Notes: generated by a model not told the origin, from the sequence alone. DNA of 64,000 nucleotides from Octopus sinensis (GCF_006345805.1 NC_043003.1:19468001-19532000), one strand, 5' to 3'. Positions 39,217 to 52,661 are shown, counted from the stretch's first letter. Numbers and translations are program-made.

Positions 39217-39390
39217 ATGGATTTGTTTTTGATACTGGCTATGTGGATTCCCATGCTGGTTCTCATTACGACCCTAAACTTCCTTTGATTCTTGCTGTCC
39301 ATAACCTCATGTCCAGCCACGAAGATCTTATTCCACTCTTGGCACCATTAGTCTTGAAAAATTACCGAGTTATTGCAGTGAATCTTCCAA
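39217..39390 (+). CDS. alpha/beta-hydrolase-like gene, coding exon (GFVFDTGYVDSH...LILAVHNLMSSHEDL...YRVIAVNLP)
   Basis: Polypyrimidine tract + TAG acceptor and GTAAGT donor, phase 1-1. RVIAVNLP matches the hydrolase beta4 motif. Confidence 0.9.
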
Positions 39391-39548
39391 GTAAGTACAG
39401 CTGTGACTTTATTGAAGTATATTATAAGATTGTTGTTGTTTAACCCCTGGTCAGTTCTCATCAGGCTGCCCTATGATCAAATGCATTCCAATCATAGCCA
39501 TCCTGACATTTTAGAGTATGTAAGACTGCATTATTCTGTTTTCTTTAA

Positions 39549-39986
39549 GCCTTTAGCATTCACATTACTCTGTCAAATATGATACTTATTTATTCTTATT
39601 CATCATCATCATCATCATTTAACATCCGTTTTCCATGCATGCATGGGTTGGACAGTTTGACCAGGGTCTGGGAAGCCAGGAGGCTGCACCAGGCTCCAGT
39701 CTGATCTGGCAGTGTTTCTACAGCTGGATGCCCTTCCTAACGTCAACCACTCCATGAGTGTAGTGAGTGCTTTATACATGCTACCGGCACAGGGGCCAGG
39801 GGATGCTGGCAACGGCCACGATTGGTTGGTGCTTTTCATGTGCCTATCATCTTGTAGTGTTGAGATTTTGATGATGTCATCATCAAATTTTCAAAATGAC
39901 ATTGTAGGGTAGGTGTGAGAGGCAAGATCTGGCCTGTTTGAACATAAAACATGTGGAACATTTGGGCCAGATTAAATGCTAAAGGG
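39549..39986. mobile_element. piggyBac-like MITE, family 2, reverse copy of 44870-45422
   Basis: TTAA flanks, interrupted by an RTE tail. Confidence 0.75.
39596..39845 (-). mobile_element. RTE 3'-end copy inserted in a piggyBac-like MITE
   Basis: (CAT)n tail plus the conserved 3' end, flanked by the two halves of the MITE. Confidence 0.8.
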
Positions 39987-40484
39987 TTAAGACAGTAATG
40001 TTTTAATCTGAGGGAGATTTTGCTGCTGTTTCTAGCAGGTTATATAATTATTTAGAGGCTTCTTTTATTTATAAGGTGATTTATTTACGTTACATGAGAC
40101 AAAGAATGTTCTTATAAAGATGCACTTTGAATTGAAGAAATGAATGTGTTGGAGATTGGGTCGTTACCTGCTTTATTTTGGCACCGTACTGGTCTATTAC
40201 ATGATTTGTACATCTGAGGAAAATGGCCTTCTTTTCTTCTCACATTTATGAAGTATGATATTTCTTGTTGGGCATTTTCTGCAGTCATGTCTATACTCTG
40301 CCCCTCCCCACAAAAAACACATGGGCACAGGTATAGTTGTGTGGTAAAAAGTTTGATTACCAATCACATGTTTCTGGATTCAGTTCCAGTGTGTGGCCCC
40401 ATGAGCAAGTGTCTTCTACTTTAGCTTAGGACTGACCAAAGCCTTGTGAGTGATTTTAGTAGACAGAAACTAAAAGTTGCCTGT

Positions 40485-40517
<33 letters not shown>

Positions 40518-40825
40518 CTGGACTGGTGCAGCTTTCGGGCTCCCCAGACCCCAGTTGAACCGTCCAACCCATGCTAGCATGGAAAGCGGACGTTAAATGA
40601 TGATGATGATGATGATGATATTATATAAGTAATCATTTTATAGTTGGGTATACACCTTGTAGTATGTTGTTTAAAGCCTGTTCACAGTATTTGGCTACCT
40701 GATGTCATTAATAATATGGAAGTATATGTCACTGGATTTACTTCAGAAATTCCTTTGTGTTCATAGAATTTATAAAATACGACACAAAGAAAATGGAATT
40801 CATGAGATACTTTATTATTCACTAT

Positions 40826-41385
40826 GATTACTTATAAAACATATTTTACTCTTAGTGTTTTTGAGAAAAGCTTATATTTAGGAAGTTATTTCATGTTAAA
40901 GTTGTAGTATTTCGGTAATTTCAACCAATCAATGACGTATATTCAGCTGAATAAAATTACTGCCGTTGTTTGTCAACAACAACTATCGCCGGTGTATTTT
41001 TCGTTTGTCACTGTTATTTATGACAACCCTAACCCTAACACCTTAACCCTAACTCTAACCCTAAAACCCTAACCCTAAAACCTAAAACCAGTACAAAAGC
41101 ATGAACGATGTCATAAATAACAGTGACAAACAAAAAATACACCGCCGATTGTTGTTGACAAACAATGGCAGTAATTTTATTCAGCTGAATACACGTCATT
41201 GATTGGTTGAAATTACTGAAATAGGACTACTTTGACATGAAATTACTTCATAAATATAAGTTTTTCTCAAAAATGCTAAGAGTAAAACATGTTTTATATG
41301 ACACATTCTACCAGTGTCCAAAATTTGAAAGTGTTTAGTTACAAAAAATTATTTTTTAAATCTGTCAGTCAAAAGGTAAAGATCC
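40826..41385. mobile_element. Related fold-back element with a (TAACCC)n loop, left end truncated
   Basis: Arms of about 200 bp around 41028-41090, right end AAAGGTAAAGATCC. Confidence 0.75.
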
Positions 41386-41718
41386 AAATAGCCTAAAATC
41401 GTAGCATTCGCCTTCAACAATAATTAGAATTTAATATTTCTAAAAAGAAAGGCAGCAATCTGACAGAGTAATTACCATGCTAGATAAAATGCTTAGTGGC
41501 ATTTCTGACTCTTTACATTCTGAGTCAACTGAAGTCAACTTTCACCAAAGTTGACTTTGCCTTTCATCCTTTCAGAGTTGATAAAATAAGTACCAGTTGA
41601 GCACTGGGGTTGATGTAATTGTCTTACCTTCTCCCTTCAAAATTACTGGCCCTGTGCCAAAATTAAGAAAGAATATTTCCAAAAATAATCATTGCTTATT
41701 CGGTGATTTTATTTTCAG

Positions 41719-41830
41719 GTTCCGTCTATACAAAAGGTGTTGGTTTAGGCCATGATGATGGTTTCCAACACTCCACTACTGAGAATGCAGAATTTATTTT
41801 TGATTTTCTAAAAGAGCTGAAAATTCCAAG
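41719..41830 (+). CDS. alpha/beta-hydrolase-like gene, coding exon (SSVYTKG...FQHSTTENAEFIFDFLKELKIPR)
   Basis: TTTTCAG acceptor and GTAACT donor, phase 1-2, in frame with both neighbours. Confidence 0.9.
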
Positions 41831-42799
41831 GTAACTATTACCATTTGATAAATTTCTTTATTTGACAAATTGTCAAATTCATGTAATCATGACGTTAAAT
41901 GATAATGACGATGATGTGTTGGGTGTGTGTGTGTGTATGTGTCATATTTATTTATTTATCTAGGCATGTGCAAGTATCTTCTACTATAGCCTGGAGCATA
42001 TATACGACGGGCTTCTTTGAGATTCCGTCTACCAAATCCACTCACAAGGCTTTGGTCGGCCTAAGGCTATAGTAGACGACACTTGCCCAAGATGCCACGC
42101 AGTGGGACTGAACCCGGAACCATGTGGTTCGGAAGCAAGCTACTTACCACATAGTCACTCCTACGCCTATACCATTTAATTAGTTTTGTTCTTATTTTTG
42201 TGTACTCTTTGTGTTATTTTTGGTTAGCATTTTTTTCTTCCTTTTTTCACTTGCTGGAAGAAGGGCCATGCCCTATGGTCGTTGCAGGCTGTTCTTTGTA
42301 AATAAACACCTGCAGGAAAGTCATGAACAGGGAGGTAATTGTAGAGGGTTGAAACCCTGGGAAGGAAGGACTTGATGTCATGATAAGAGAGCGTGTGTGT
42401 GCGTCTGTAGATAGATAGAGAGAGAAAGAGAGATAGGCAGCATTCATCAATAAAATGAAAAGGTTTTTGTTGAGAGAGAGCGAGAGGCGCTGTTTGATAC
42501 CACTCCCTCTCTTATTGTTATTGCCATTTTGTTTCTTCTCTTTTTTACTCTTACTTTGACTGCTACTTCCTCATTGCGTAATTTAGGACAAACTTACAAA
42601 CAAGCTCATTATTATAATAGATAGGAAAATTCTAATATCACGACTTTCTTTCACCTGCTGACATAACTCCAATTCTGCATTTTTTAAAATAATTTTTTTA
42701 CATTTTGCATTAATGCAGATATGTAAATAATTTCAGTGTGGAAGGTGTTTATAAGAAACACACAAAAACCATTAGATTCACTTCAACATTTAAATTTAA

Positions 42800-42847
42800 T
42801 TTGTCAAAATATTTTCGGCGCTTTGAGACCGCGACCTATTCACTGAC
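42800..42847 (-). ncRNA. Second copy of the swapped-core hammerhead-like fold (GTGAATA)
   Basis: Same family as 17737. Helix I is truncated at an inversion junction. Confidence 0.4.
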
Positions 42848-43259
42848 TTGCACGCTGCAATTGTTTTCGTTCCAGCACACGATCTCAGATCAGGTCACTT
42901 GCTATGCAAGTACATCTCCGTAAATGTAAATAATTTATTTATTATTAAATATAACAATATAAATTATTTACATGTTGTTAAGTTATGAAACAATTTGTTG
43001 TCATATTAGAATTTTCTTACTGTTAAATAAGATTTTATCAAACTGATTTTCTGTCATTACTTTATATATATATACACACACACACATCATATAAAGTGAG
43101 AGAGAGTATATTTATCATTTATTTGTTCATTTAACAGGTTTTTTCCATGATAGCATGGGTTATATTTATACACATGACATTTGCAATTGACAGTATGATA
43201 ATGTTTATGCAGAATTGTCCTTTTAATTTTCTTCTTAATATTTCTCTTTCTCCCACAAG

Positions 43260-43376
43260 GGTCGATGTATTACTTGGCCATGGCACTGGATGTTACCCTG
43301 TTGTTCGCTTATGTGCGGAACGTGATCTGTTTAAATCTGCAGCATTAATTTCTCCTGCAGGTCACGTACCATGCCC
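43260..43376 (+). CDS. alpha/beta-hydrolase-like gene, nucleophile-elbow exon (VDVLLGHGTGCYPVVRL...ALISPAGHVPCP)
   Basis: Long pyrimidine tract + AAG acceptor and GTCAGT donor, phase 2-2. GHGTG sits at the GxSxG position. Confidence 0.9.
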
Positions 43377-43540
43377 GTCAGTATTATTTTAATTCTATAT
43401 GCACCTTTTTTGTTCATACCATACACATTCCAAATCTATCCTTATTCAACAGATCTATAATTAAAAGTATTCTAGCTATGAACATCTCATCATTTTGGAA
43501 TGAAGCATTGTTTATCTGGTATTACATTGTCCTTGATATA

Positions 43541-43757
43541 TGAAGGGGTGCTGAAAAGTTCCTGGCTTCGGTTCAAAGAAAATACAGGAGGATCAGTTAA
43601 TTATGATTATATTCAACATGTTCCCCTCTCAGATTCACACACATGCTGCAGCGGTCCTTTAGTTTTTCTAAGCCCTGTAAGACAATTTAGAAAGTTGGAC
43701 CTCCAACTAGGCCTTTTGCGATACCCTTAAAGCCAGGAATTTTTCAGCACTCCTTCA
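43541..43757. mobile_element. Mariner-like MITE, same family
   Basis: Same TIR with TA flanks. Confidence 0.8.
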
Positions 43758-44722
43758 TATGTGTCTTTCTATTTTTATGCTTATAGAGCATGATTTGAGG
43801 GAGAATTGGGTGCTATCTTTAGCAGGCCAAACGACTATGTAGAGGCTCCCTTGTTTTCACATATTCTTATAGGTAATTTTAGTGAGTGGAAGAGTAATTT
43901 GGATAACTCTATGCCATTTGTTCCAACAATGAAAAGCTAGCATGACTTTTTTGTGAGTCACCTCTGGCTTCCCACCTTATCTTCAGCCACCCATTCATCT
44001 CTGATGTGTGATTATTTATAGTGTTAGTGATAACTATTGTTAGCATGAGTATCTTAGGCACATACCTTGTAAAATGCACCACACAGTTCATGATAACAAT
44101 CATGTAGTCAGTAGCTCACCTGCTCTCCCTCTATATGTAACTCTGCATACATACTAGCATGTCTGTCTGTTTATGTAGTTCTCTCCGGGGCTTTCTATGG
44201 TTGAGATTGATCGTGAATCTGTATAGACTTGAGCAAGGTTTATTTTGTGGAAGACTAGCAGTTGCCCAAACATGCACCTTTTCCCTTTCTCTATGGCACC
44301 AGCATCATCCAAGAAAAAGGCTTTCCTCAAAGTTAATACTGTTTGGCACATGTTCCATCATAACACAAAAAGTCAGTGTAGATGCTGCAAGACATCCCAT
44401 ACAATGCTTGAACACTTCTTATTTCTTTATTGCCCACAAGGGGCTAAATATAGAGAAGACAAATAAGGACAGACAAACGGATTAAGTCGATTACATCGAC
44501 CCCAGTGCATAACTGGTACTTAATTTATCGACCCCGAAAGGATGAAAGGCAAAGTCGACCTCAGTGGAATTTGAACCCAGAACGTAACAGCATGCTAACG
44601 TTTCTGCCAGCTCATCGCTTTGAATACTTCTGCCAAATCCACTGCTCTGGATTGGTAGTTTTTTTATTGACCTGTTACAAATAGCAGTCAAATTTTCTTC
44701 AAATCACATCCAGCTATCTTAA

Positions 44723-45485
44723 CCGTTTTATTATTATTTTTCTTTGTTTCAAACAATTTTTTAAATAATGAAGAATTTAGTAAAATAACATTGTCATTAT
44801 AAAGCTGGTGTTTGGTGCACAAATTAACATGGAAGTATGATGAGAAAGTTTTAATTTAAATCACTTTAACCCTTTTGCATTTAAACTGGCCATATGCCAG
44901 CCCAAATATTCTACATGTTTTATGGTAAAATTGTACAGATCCAGCTTCCCACTCCTATTCTACAATGTAATTTTAAAGATAAACAATCACATCATTGAAA
45001 TCTTGAACCTACAAGATAATGCATGACTAATTCAAAACAATGTGAATTAATAAGCATTACATTTGACAGAGGTGGAGGCACAATGGCCCAGTGGTTAGGG
45101 CAGTGGACTCACGGTCGGAGGATCGTGGTTTCAATTCCTAGACTGGGCGTTGTATGTGTTTATTGAGCAAAAACACCTAAAAAAGCTCCATGAGGCTCCG
45201 GCAGGGGGTGGTGGCGACCCCTGTTGTACTCTTTCACCCCAAACTTTCTCTCACTCTTTTTTCCTGTTTCTTGAGTGCTGCGATGGACTGGCATCTCATC
45301 CAGCTGGGAAGGAACACATACACCACAGAAACCGGGAAACTGGGCCCATGAGCCTGGCTAGGCTTGAAAAGGGCCCATAAAAAAAAATAAACATTTGACA
45401 GAGTAATCTCAATACTAAAGGGTTAATAAAGCAAGTTTGTTTCATATAACCAAGGGCAGTCTTAGATGGGTTGGTTTCAAAAGGG
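44723..45485. mobile_element. piggyBac-like MITE (outer) containing MITE 44870-45422 and SINE 45072-45390
   Basis: TTAA at 44719 and 45486, inner TTAA at 44866 and 45423, SINE TSD ACATTTGACAGAG. Confidence 0.85.
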
Positions 45486-46036
45486 TTAAAAAAGAAGATG
45501 TATAACAATGAAGTCCCAGATACTTTAATTTAAGCTACATCACCTCATTTGTTTGAGATCGTTTGCTACTTTAGAGTCTTATTTCTTCATAAACATACAT
45601 ATAAGCATCATCATCATCATCGTCGTTATTTAACGTCCGTTTTCCATGCTAGCATGGGTTGGACCTCTTAAATACAGCTGGGATCGCCACCACCCCCTGC
45701 CGGAGCCTCGTGGAACTTTAGGTGTTTTTGCTCAATAAACACTCACAACGCCTGGTCTGGAAATCAAAACTGCGATCCTACAACCGCAAGTCCACTGCCC
45801 TAACCGCTGGGCCATAGCGCCTCCACAAGTAATTCATTCTCTATTTTTCTTCAGTGACTCTTATCAAGGTTTTTTTTTATTTTACACCTACAGACTAGTC
45901 ACTGGTACCTTACCGTACTATAACTGTGAAATCAATTATCTTTCAGCTTAGTAAAAAAAATATAAAAATCCCAAATATTTAATAATTATATGGATTTATT
46001 TTCCTATTGTTTCTTTTTGTTTTATAATATACACAG

Positions 46037-46214
46037 AGGAGTCCAACCTCACTCACGCTACAAGTTATTCACAGAAGTATGGGATGTACCCTACCTTCGA
46101 GCTTTTATAAAAGTTTTTGTCTATCTATGGAAACTCAAGAATGGTTACAAGGAATATCCAACAGAAAGCGTTATAAGGGGTTTCTTCACAATCAGTGGTA
46201 TAGACTTCGATAGT
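46037..46214 (+). CDS. alpha/beta-hydrolase-like gene, coding exon (GVQPHSRYKLF...TISGIDFDS)
   Basis: CAG acceptor and GTAAGT donor, phase 2-0, open frame. Confidence 0.88.
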
Positions 46215-47458
46215 GTAAGTATAGTTATTATTTTTTTTTATACTGATAAAGATTATTTTATTTACTTTTCTCAGTTGTACTTGCTTGGCAAGTAACTTGT
46301 TCTCGATTCATGTGTTGAAACTGATTCAAATACATTATGAAAGTGACATGTCAGCTTTTTTAAAAATATGCTTAGGTACAGTCTATGTGGTAAGAAGGTT
46401 GCTTTCCTACCACATGGTTCCAGGTTCAGTCCCACTGCATGGCACCTTAACCTTCTACTGTAGTCTTTTATTATAACCTCAGGCAGACTAAAGCCTTGTT
46501 TGCTAGATGGAAACTGAAAGAAGGTCATCATATATATGTGTGTGTGTGTGTGTTTGTCCCCCACTAGCACTTGACAACTGGTGTTGGTGTATTTATGTCC
46601 CCATAACTGAGCGGTTCAACAAAAGAGACCAATAGAGTAAGTATCGGGCTTTAAAAAACTATAAGTACTGGGCTCTATTCATTCAACTAAAACAAATTAT
46701 TCAAGGCAGTGCCTCTGCATGACCATCCTCTAATGACAGAAACAAGTAAAAGATAAAAGATATTCTGTTAATTTCACTTTTATGAGTATGTGTCTTCCAC
46801 TGTAACTCTAGGCTGACTGAGGCCTTATGGGTATTTTTTGGTAGATGGAAACCAAAGAACCTTATAATATGTGTGTGTGTGTGTTTTTGTATCTCCTTAT
46901 CTTGACATCACAGGATAGCTATAAATGAACATCACTGTCATGTCAAAGTGTCCTTCATTTCCAGTCTTCTGTGAAAAACATATCTCAGCATAGGTAAATG
47001 TTATGTTTCTTGGAAACAGGTGAGGGTTGGCAACAGGGAGAGCATCTTGCTGTAGAAAACCTACCTCAGTGAATCTCATCTGATCCATGCAAGAATGGAA
47101 AAGTGGACATTAAACAATGATCACTATATATATATATACATGTCACCCTAATTAGGCAGACCTTAAAAAAATAGACTCCCGTGGGACATTCCCTGGGATT
47201 AGGGGAGTTGTTGGTTTGAGTTTCGTTGTCCTTGCACCAATGGTTTAGGAGGAGTTAACAAACATAAAAACCTAACGGACAGAGAAACATCACTCAAATT
47301 TATATTAAGATGATTTATAGGTGCAGGTGTGGCTGTGTGGTAAGAAGCTTGATTCCCAACCACATGGTTCTGGGTTGAGTCCCATTGCGTGGCACCATGG
47401 GCAAGCGTCTTCTACTATAGCCTCAGGCTAACCAAAGAAGTCCATCGTATATATGTAT

Positions 47459-47546
<88 letters not shown>

Positions 47547-47731
47547 TTTGTGTCTGTGTTTGTCCCCCCCTCCACAACTTAACTGGTGCTGTTGTGTTTA
47601 CGTCCCTGTAACTTAGTGGTTCAGCAAAAGAGACCGCTAGAATAATTACTAGGCTTACAAAGAATAAGTCCTTTAAGGTTGTGCTCCAGCATGGCTGCAG
47701 TCAAATGACTGAAACAAGTAAAAGAATAAAA

Positions 47732-47773
<42 letters not shown>

Positions 47774-47957
47774 ATGTATGTATATATAGGAACTATGACA
47801 GTGATCATGTTACACATGTATGACAAAATTTTTTGAGACTTTGCTATATGATATTATTAAGAAATAGAACAAAAGTGAATGCAATGGTCTATCTCTGATA
47901 TATCTTAAATTATAATGATGATGATCTCTGTGATTTTATCTAGCTAATATAACTCTT

Positions 47958-48400
47958 CATCATCATCATCATCATCGTTTAACGTCTGCTTTCCATGCTA
48001 GCATGGGTTGGACGATTTTGACTGAGGGCTGGCGAACCAGATAGCTGCACCAGGCTTCAATCTTGATCTGGCAGAGTTTCAACAGCTGGATGCCCTTCCT
48101 AACGCCAACCACTCCAAGAGTGTAGTGGGTGCTTTTACGTGCCACCGGCACAGGGGCCAGTCAGGCGGTACTGGCAACGACCTTGCTCGAATCTTTTTAC
48201 ACATGTCACCGGCACAGGTGCCAGTAAGGCAATGCTGGTAACGATCACACTCGAATGGTGCCTTTTACGTGCCACCGGCACAGAAGCCAGTTAGCTGCTC
48301 TGGCAACAATCATGCTCGGATGGTGCTCTTGGCACCCTACTAGCACGGGCACAAGTGTCAGTAAGGCAACAATGGTAGCGATCACAAGGTCTTTGCAAGC
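47958..48400 (-). mobile_element. RTE 3'-end copy with about 4 minisatellite units
   Basis: (CAT)n-CGTTTAACGTC..TTCCATGCTAGCATGGGTTGGAC start. Confidence 0.85.
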
Positions 48401-49565
48401 AGAGTTTAGTGTCCAAAGAAGGAAAAGGTACACATAAGTGGGCTGGTTACGCTCCTGGCATAGGCCATGAGGAATAATTTATTTATTTTATTCAATTGAA
48501 ATGAATTCAGTTTATTGTTGCTTTATATGATGCAATCCGGATTATAGGTTGCATCAACTTTGGCTATTTCCTGTGCTGCTGAATATGAAAGAAGTGTGCA
48601 GTCTATTAACCAAACAAGACAAGATTCCACAGACATATTCCGTCAGTGGGATATATTTGATATGTTTTGCCAGGAAACCAAGTGTCTGAAATATATATAA
48701 AGTCAAAAGATTCAATAATCTTTTCTAGTAAGAAAAATAACTGATGAAAATATCATCATCATCAACATCTTTTAACATCTGCTTTCTATGCTGGCATGGT
48801 TGGACAGTTTGACTGAGGACTGGCAAGCTAGGAGGCTGCACCAGGCTCCTCTAATAATAAATAAAATGGAAATCCTAAACGTTCTGTCTGGAGGTCCCAG
48901 AGTTGGGAATGGAAGTTAAATGCTCAATTTTCTTGGTTAACTATGTGCCATGGGTTAGTCCTGGCAGAGCTGACTGACTAGGGCCCAAACTAGTTTGGGG
49001 TTTATATGATTGCTCAGCCTGCTGGACATAAGAGCTAAGGCTCCCACAGAACACATCCTATTATCTTGGAAAAGAAGTATACATGAGATAAAGTAGTCCT
49101 AGATAAAAGGTGGTGGTGGTGGTGGAGAACAAATATATTAAGTTCTACACCAGTATTGCAAAGTGAAATATATACACGTGTGTATATGTATGTATACATG
49201 GTAACCTTAATAGTGCAGGTGTCATGAAAAAAAAACACCCAGTCCATATTGTAAAGTGGTTGGTGTAAAAACCTTGCCAACATTGGAGTTCAATGCAATC
49301 CTTGGACATTGCTTTCTGTCAAACCATCGAACGCATGCCAGCACGAAACATAGATGTTAAATTATGATGATGATGATTGTGTGTGTGTGTATTCCAAGAA
49401 AGTTAGAGGTTGTGAATCCAACCAACTAAGGGATAATATCTATCCAATATACTGCTGGTAGAATACCCAATTATTAATACACAAGTGTTTTTTATTGCAT
49501 TGCAATTACATTACCGAGTGTACTAAATGGGTGAAGGTAAAGATCTATTTTACCATTAATTTATT

Positions 49566-49726
49566 GAGCAATAAGAAAATGGAGGGGATCAGGTTCATCA
49601 ACTTTTAGACATTATATTATGTCAATTTATTTACTAAAATGACAATTACACGAATATACATACATGTATAACATAAATGTCTAAAAGTTGATGAACCACC
49701 TATTGATCTCCTCCATTTTCTTATTG

Positions 49727-49729
<3 letters not shown>
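49566..49729. repeat. Palindromic MITE-like element
   Basis: Arms of about 50 bp, GAGCAATAAGAAAATGGAG...CTCCATTTTCTTATTGCTC. Confidence 0.75.
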
Positions 49730-49786
<57 letters not shown>

Positions 49787-50427
49787 CTGTAATATATAGG
49801 TGTTATACATGTAACAATTAAATTATGTATTATGCACTTTATTGTCTTGCATGAAACTGGTTTGTGATACAAAAAAGCTAGGTGATCACTGCTTTACAGC
49901 ATACTGCAATATCAATTATGGTATAGAAAAAGAACATTGAAGTTAAAGCTTTAATCAGAAAACACAAATACTTCATTATTTTCATTATTTACATTTGATA
50001 GATATTTGTCCTAATCTTGTTTGTTGTTTTAACAACAAATGAGGACAAATATCCGGCAAATGTAAATAATGTACATAATTCCTCATCTCTTAAATATAGA
50101 ACTATACTAATACTTCAATCCACTTTTATGACTTTTTCATGTATATACTTGATAAAATTTTTTGAATTCATCAGTAATATTTTATATTCATTTAATGTGG
50201 CAAGCTAGTAGAATTGTTAGCAAAATGGTTAGCAGCATTTCATCTGCCTTTTATGTTCTGAGTTCAACTTTGCCTTTCAAACTTTTTGGGGTCAATAAAA
50301 TAAGTACTAATTTTACAACGGGGCCAATGTAATTGACTCACCCACCTCCCCTGATATTGCTGGCCTTGTGCCAAAATTTGAAACCACTATTTTATATTCA
50401 TTTAAGCTTTTTTGGTCTTCTTTACAG

Positions 50428-50599
50428 ATTGGTGGATATTTGTTAAGTATGAAATCTAAGGAAGTGCCTGTCGGTGTACTTTACTGTAAAGATGACAAAT
50501 TTACTGACACAGAAATATTAGAACATTATTGCAAGTTACTTGGTTTTAAAGATCATCATTTTGTGCATTATGATGGCAGTGGCCAGATAACAAAACAAG
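50428..50599 (+). CDS. alpha/beta-hydrolase-like gene, coding exon (IGGYLLSMKSKEVPVGVLYCKDDKF...GQITKQ)
   Basis: TTTACAG acceptor and GTGAGT donor, phase 0-1. Confidence 0.9.
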
Positions 50600-50813
50600 G
50601 TGAGTTTGTTTGACATTTTAATTGTTTAAATATCCATTGTTTTGTCTATGTATATGTCATGTTCTTGAAAAGATATTGTAAACTCTGTGTTGGTTAATCT
50701 ATGGGACAGATGTAACCAATTATATTCTTGGGAGTGGAATTGAAGTTCAAATCATGTTGCTAAAGAAAATCAATGTTAAGTAAATACAGCTTTTATGCTA
50801 GGATTAGGATAAC

Positions 50814-50859
<46 letters not shown>

Positions 50860-50994
50860 ATATATATATATATATATAGTCAGTGACACAAATGCAATGT
50901 CCCTGCATATCTCACATCTATTTTCATTCCTCCACTTCACTCTCTATTTCGTATCTTATCGAAATTAACTATTGCTTAACCATTTTCTCACACT

Positions 50995-51042
50995 GTCTCT
51001 GATGAAGGGGTATAAAAAATATCCCGGAAACAGCTGTAAGAC
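50995..51042 (+). ncRNA. Minimal type I hammerhead ribozyme fold (Penelope-like), intact core
   Basis: GTCT-CTGATGA-A-GGGGTAT(AAAAA)ATATCCC-G-GAAAC-AGCT-GTA-AGAC. Helix I is GTCT/AGAC, helix II has 7 bp, helix III is the palindrome ACAGCTGT, and the GUA site ends at 51038. Confidence 0.75.
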
Positions 51043-51664
51043 CTTCTATTTATAAATGTTCTAAAATCTTCACAGCCTTGGTTTTTTATCTCATTCTGAA
51101 AAAAAATTTATATATATATATATAATGGTGGTGCCCCAGCATGGCCACAGCTCGTGAGCTGAAACTAGATAGAATAAAAAAAAAATAAAAATATACTCTG
51201 TAGTGAATACTTTTGATAAATGTTTGTATACATTTGAGGGTAAAACAATAATTATCTTTTACTTGTTTCGGTCATTGTAATGCTGGGGGACTGCTTTGAA
51301 GGGTTTTAATTGAACACATTCATTCCTGTACATACTTTTTAAGTCTGGTACTTATTCCTGCAGTCTCCATTGCTGAACCACTAAGTCATGGGGATATAAA
51401 CAAACTAAAACTGGCTGTCAAATAGTGGGAGGAGAGGACAAGCACTTGCATGCACATACACAAGCATGCGTGTGCACACACGTAGACACACACATGCAGT
51501 ACTGCTTGTGTAGCGGGTTATCTATGCCCAGATTGCCCTTCCTGATGCCCACTCTCACCTGTTTCCAAGTGAGGTAAGGCTATATATATATACACATATA
51601 CATACTTACACACACATAACTATCTGCAATGTATTATTTTTCTATCAATAGCAAGGTTGGTTAC

Positions 51665-52078
51665 ATATAGGTGCAGGAGTGGCTGTGTGGTAAGTAGCTT
51701 GCTAACCAACCACATGGTTCCGGGTTCAGTCCCACTGCGTGGCATCTTGGGCAAGTGTCTTCTGCTATAGCCCCGGGCCGACCAATGCCTTGTGAGTAGA
51801 TTTGGTAGACGGAAACTGAAAAAAGCCTGTCATATATATATATGTATATATATATGTGTGTGTGTGTATATGTCTGTGTTTGTCCCACTAGCATTGCTTG
51901 ACAAACGATGCTGGTGTGTTTACGTCCCTGTCACTTAGCGGTTCGGCAAAAGAGACCGATAGAATAAGTACTGGGCTTACAAAGAATAAGTCCCGGGGTC
52001 GATTTGCTCGACTAAAGGCGGTGCTCCAGCATGGCTGCAGTCAAATGACTGAAACAAGTAAAAGAGAGTAAAAGAGTA
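51665..52078 (+). mobile_element. tRNA-derived SINE, family A, full length
   Basis: Colinear with 7808-8188. Confidence 0.9.
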
Positions 52079-52661
52079 TGCACATCACTTGATATGATCT
52101 CCCTCTTTAATCATTTAGTGACAGGCTTGAACTCAAACTGTTATTTACGTTGTCATTATTATATTGACTATGGTCAATCCACCTTCTGTTTGCCTCTAAG
52201 AAGGACAACATTCTGTGCTCTTCCTTAGTCCTTTTTAATACCTTAATAAACCTGAGAACATTTCTCATGTTTTGACACAAAATTTATAATTTCAAAGTGT
52301 TCAGGCCTCAAGTGACATGGGTTGGATGTGTTGTCACAGTCCCAGTGAGCTCCTTTTTCAGGGTTACTGTATTCTAGACATGACAGAGAGCCAGGTATTG
52401 CTCATATACTCTTTCACTTGTTTCAGTCATGTGACTGTGGCCATGCTGGAGCACCGCCTTTAGTCAAGCAAATCGACCCCAGGACTTATTCTTTGGAAGC
52501 CTAGTACTTATTCTATCAGTCTCTTTTGTCGAGCCGCTAAGTTACGGGACGTAAACACACCAGCATCAGTTGTCAAGCAATGTTGGGGTGACAAACACAG
52601 TTACACAAACATATACACACACATACATACATATATATATATGTGTGTGAATGTGTGTATG

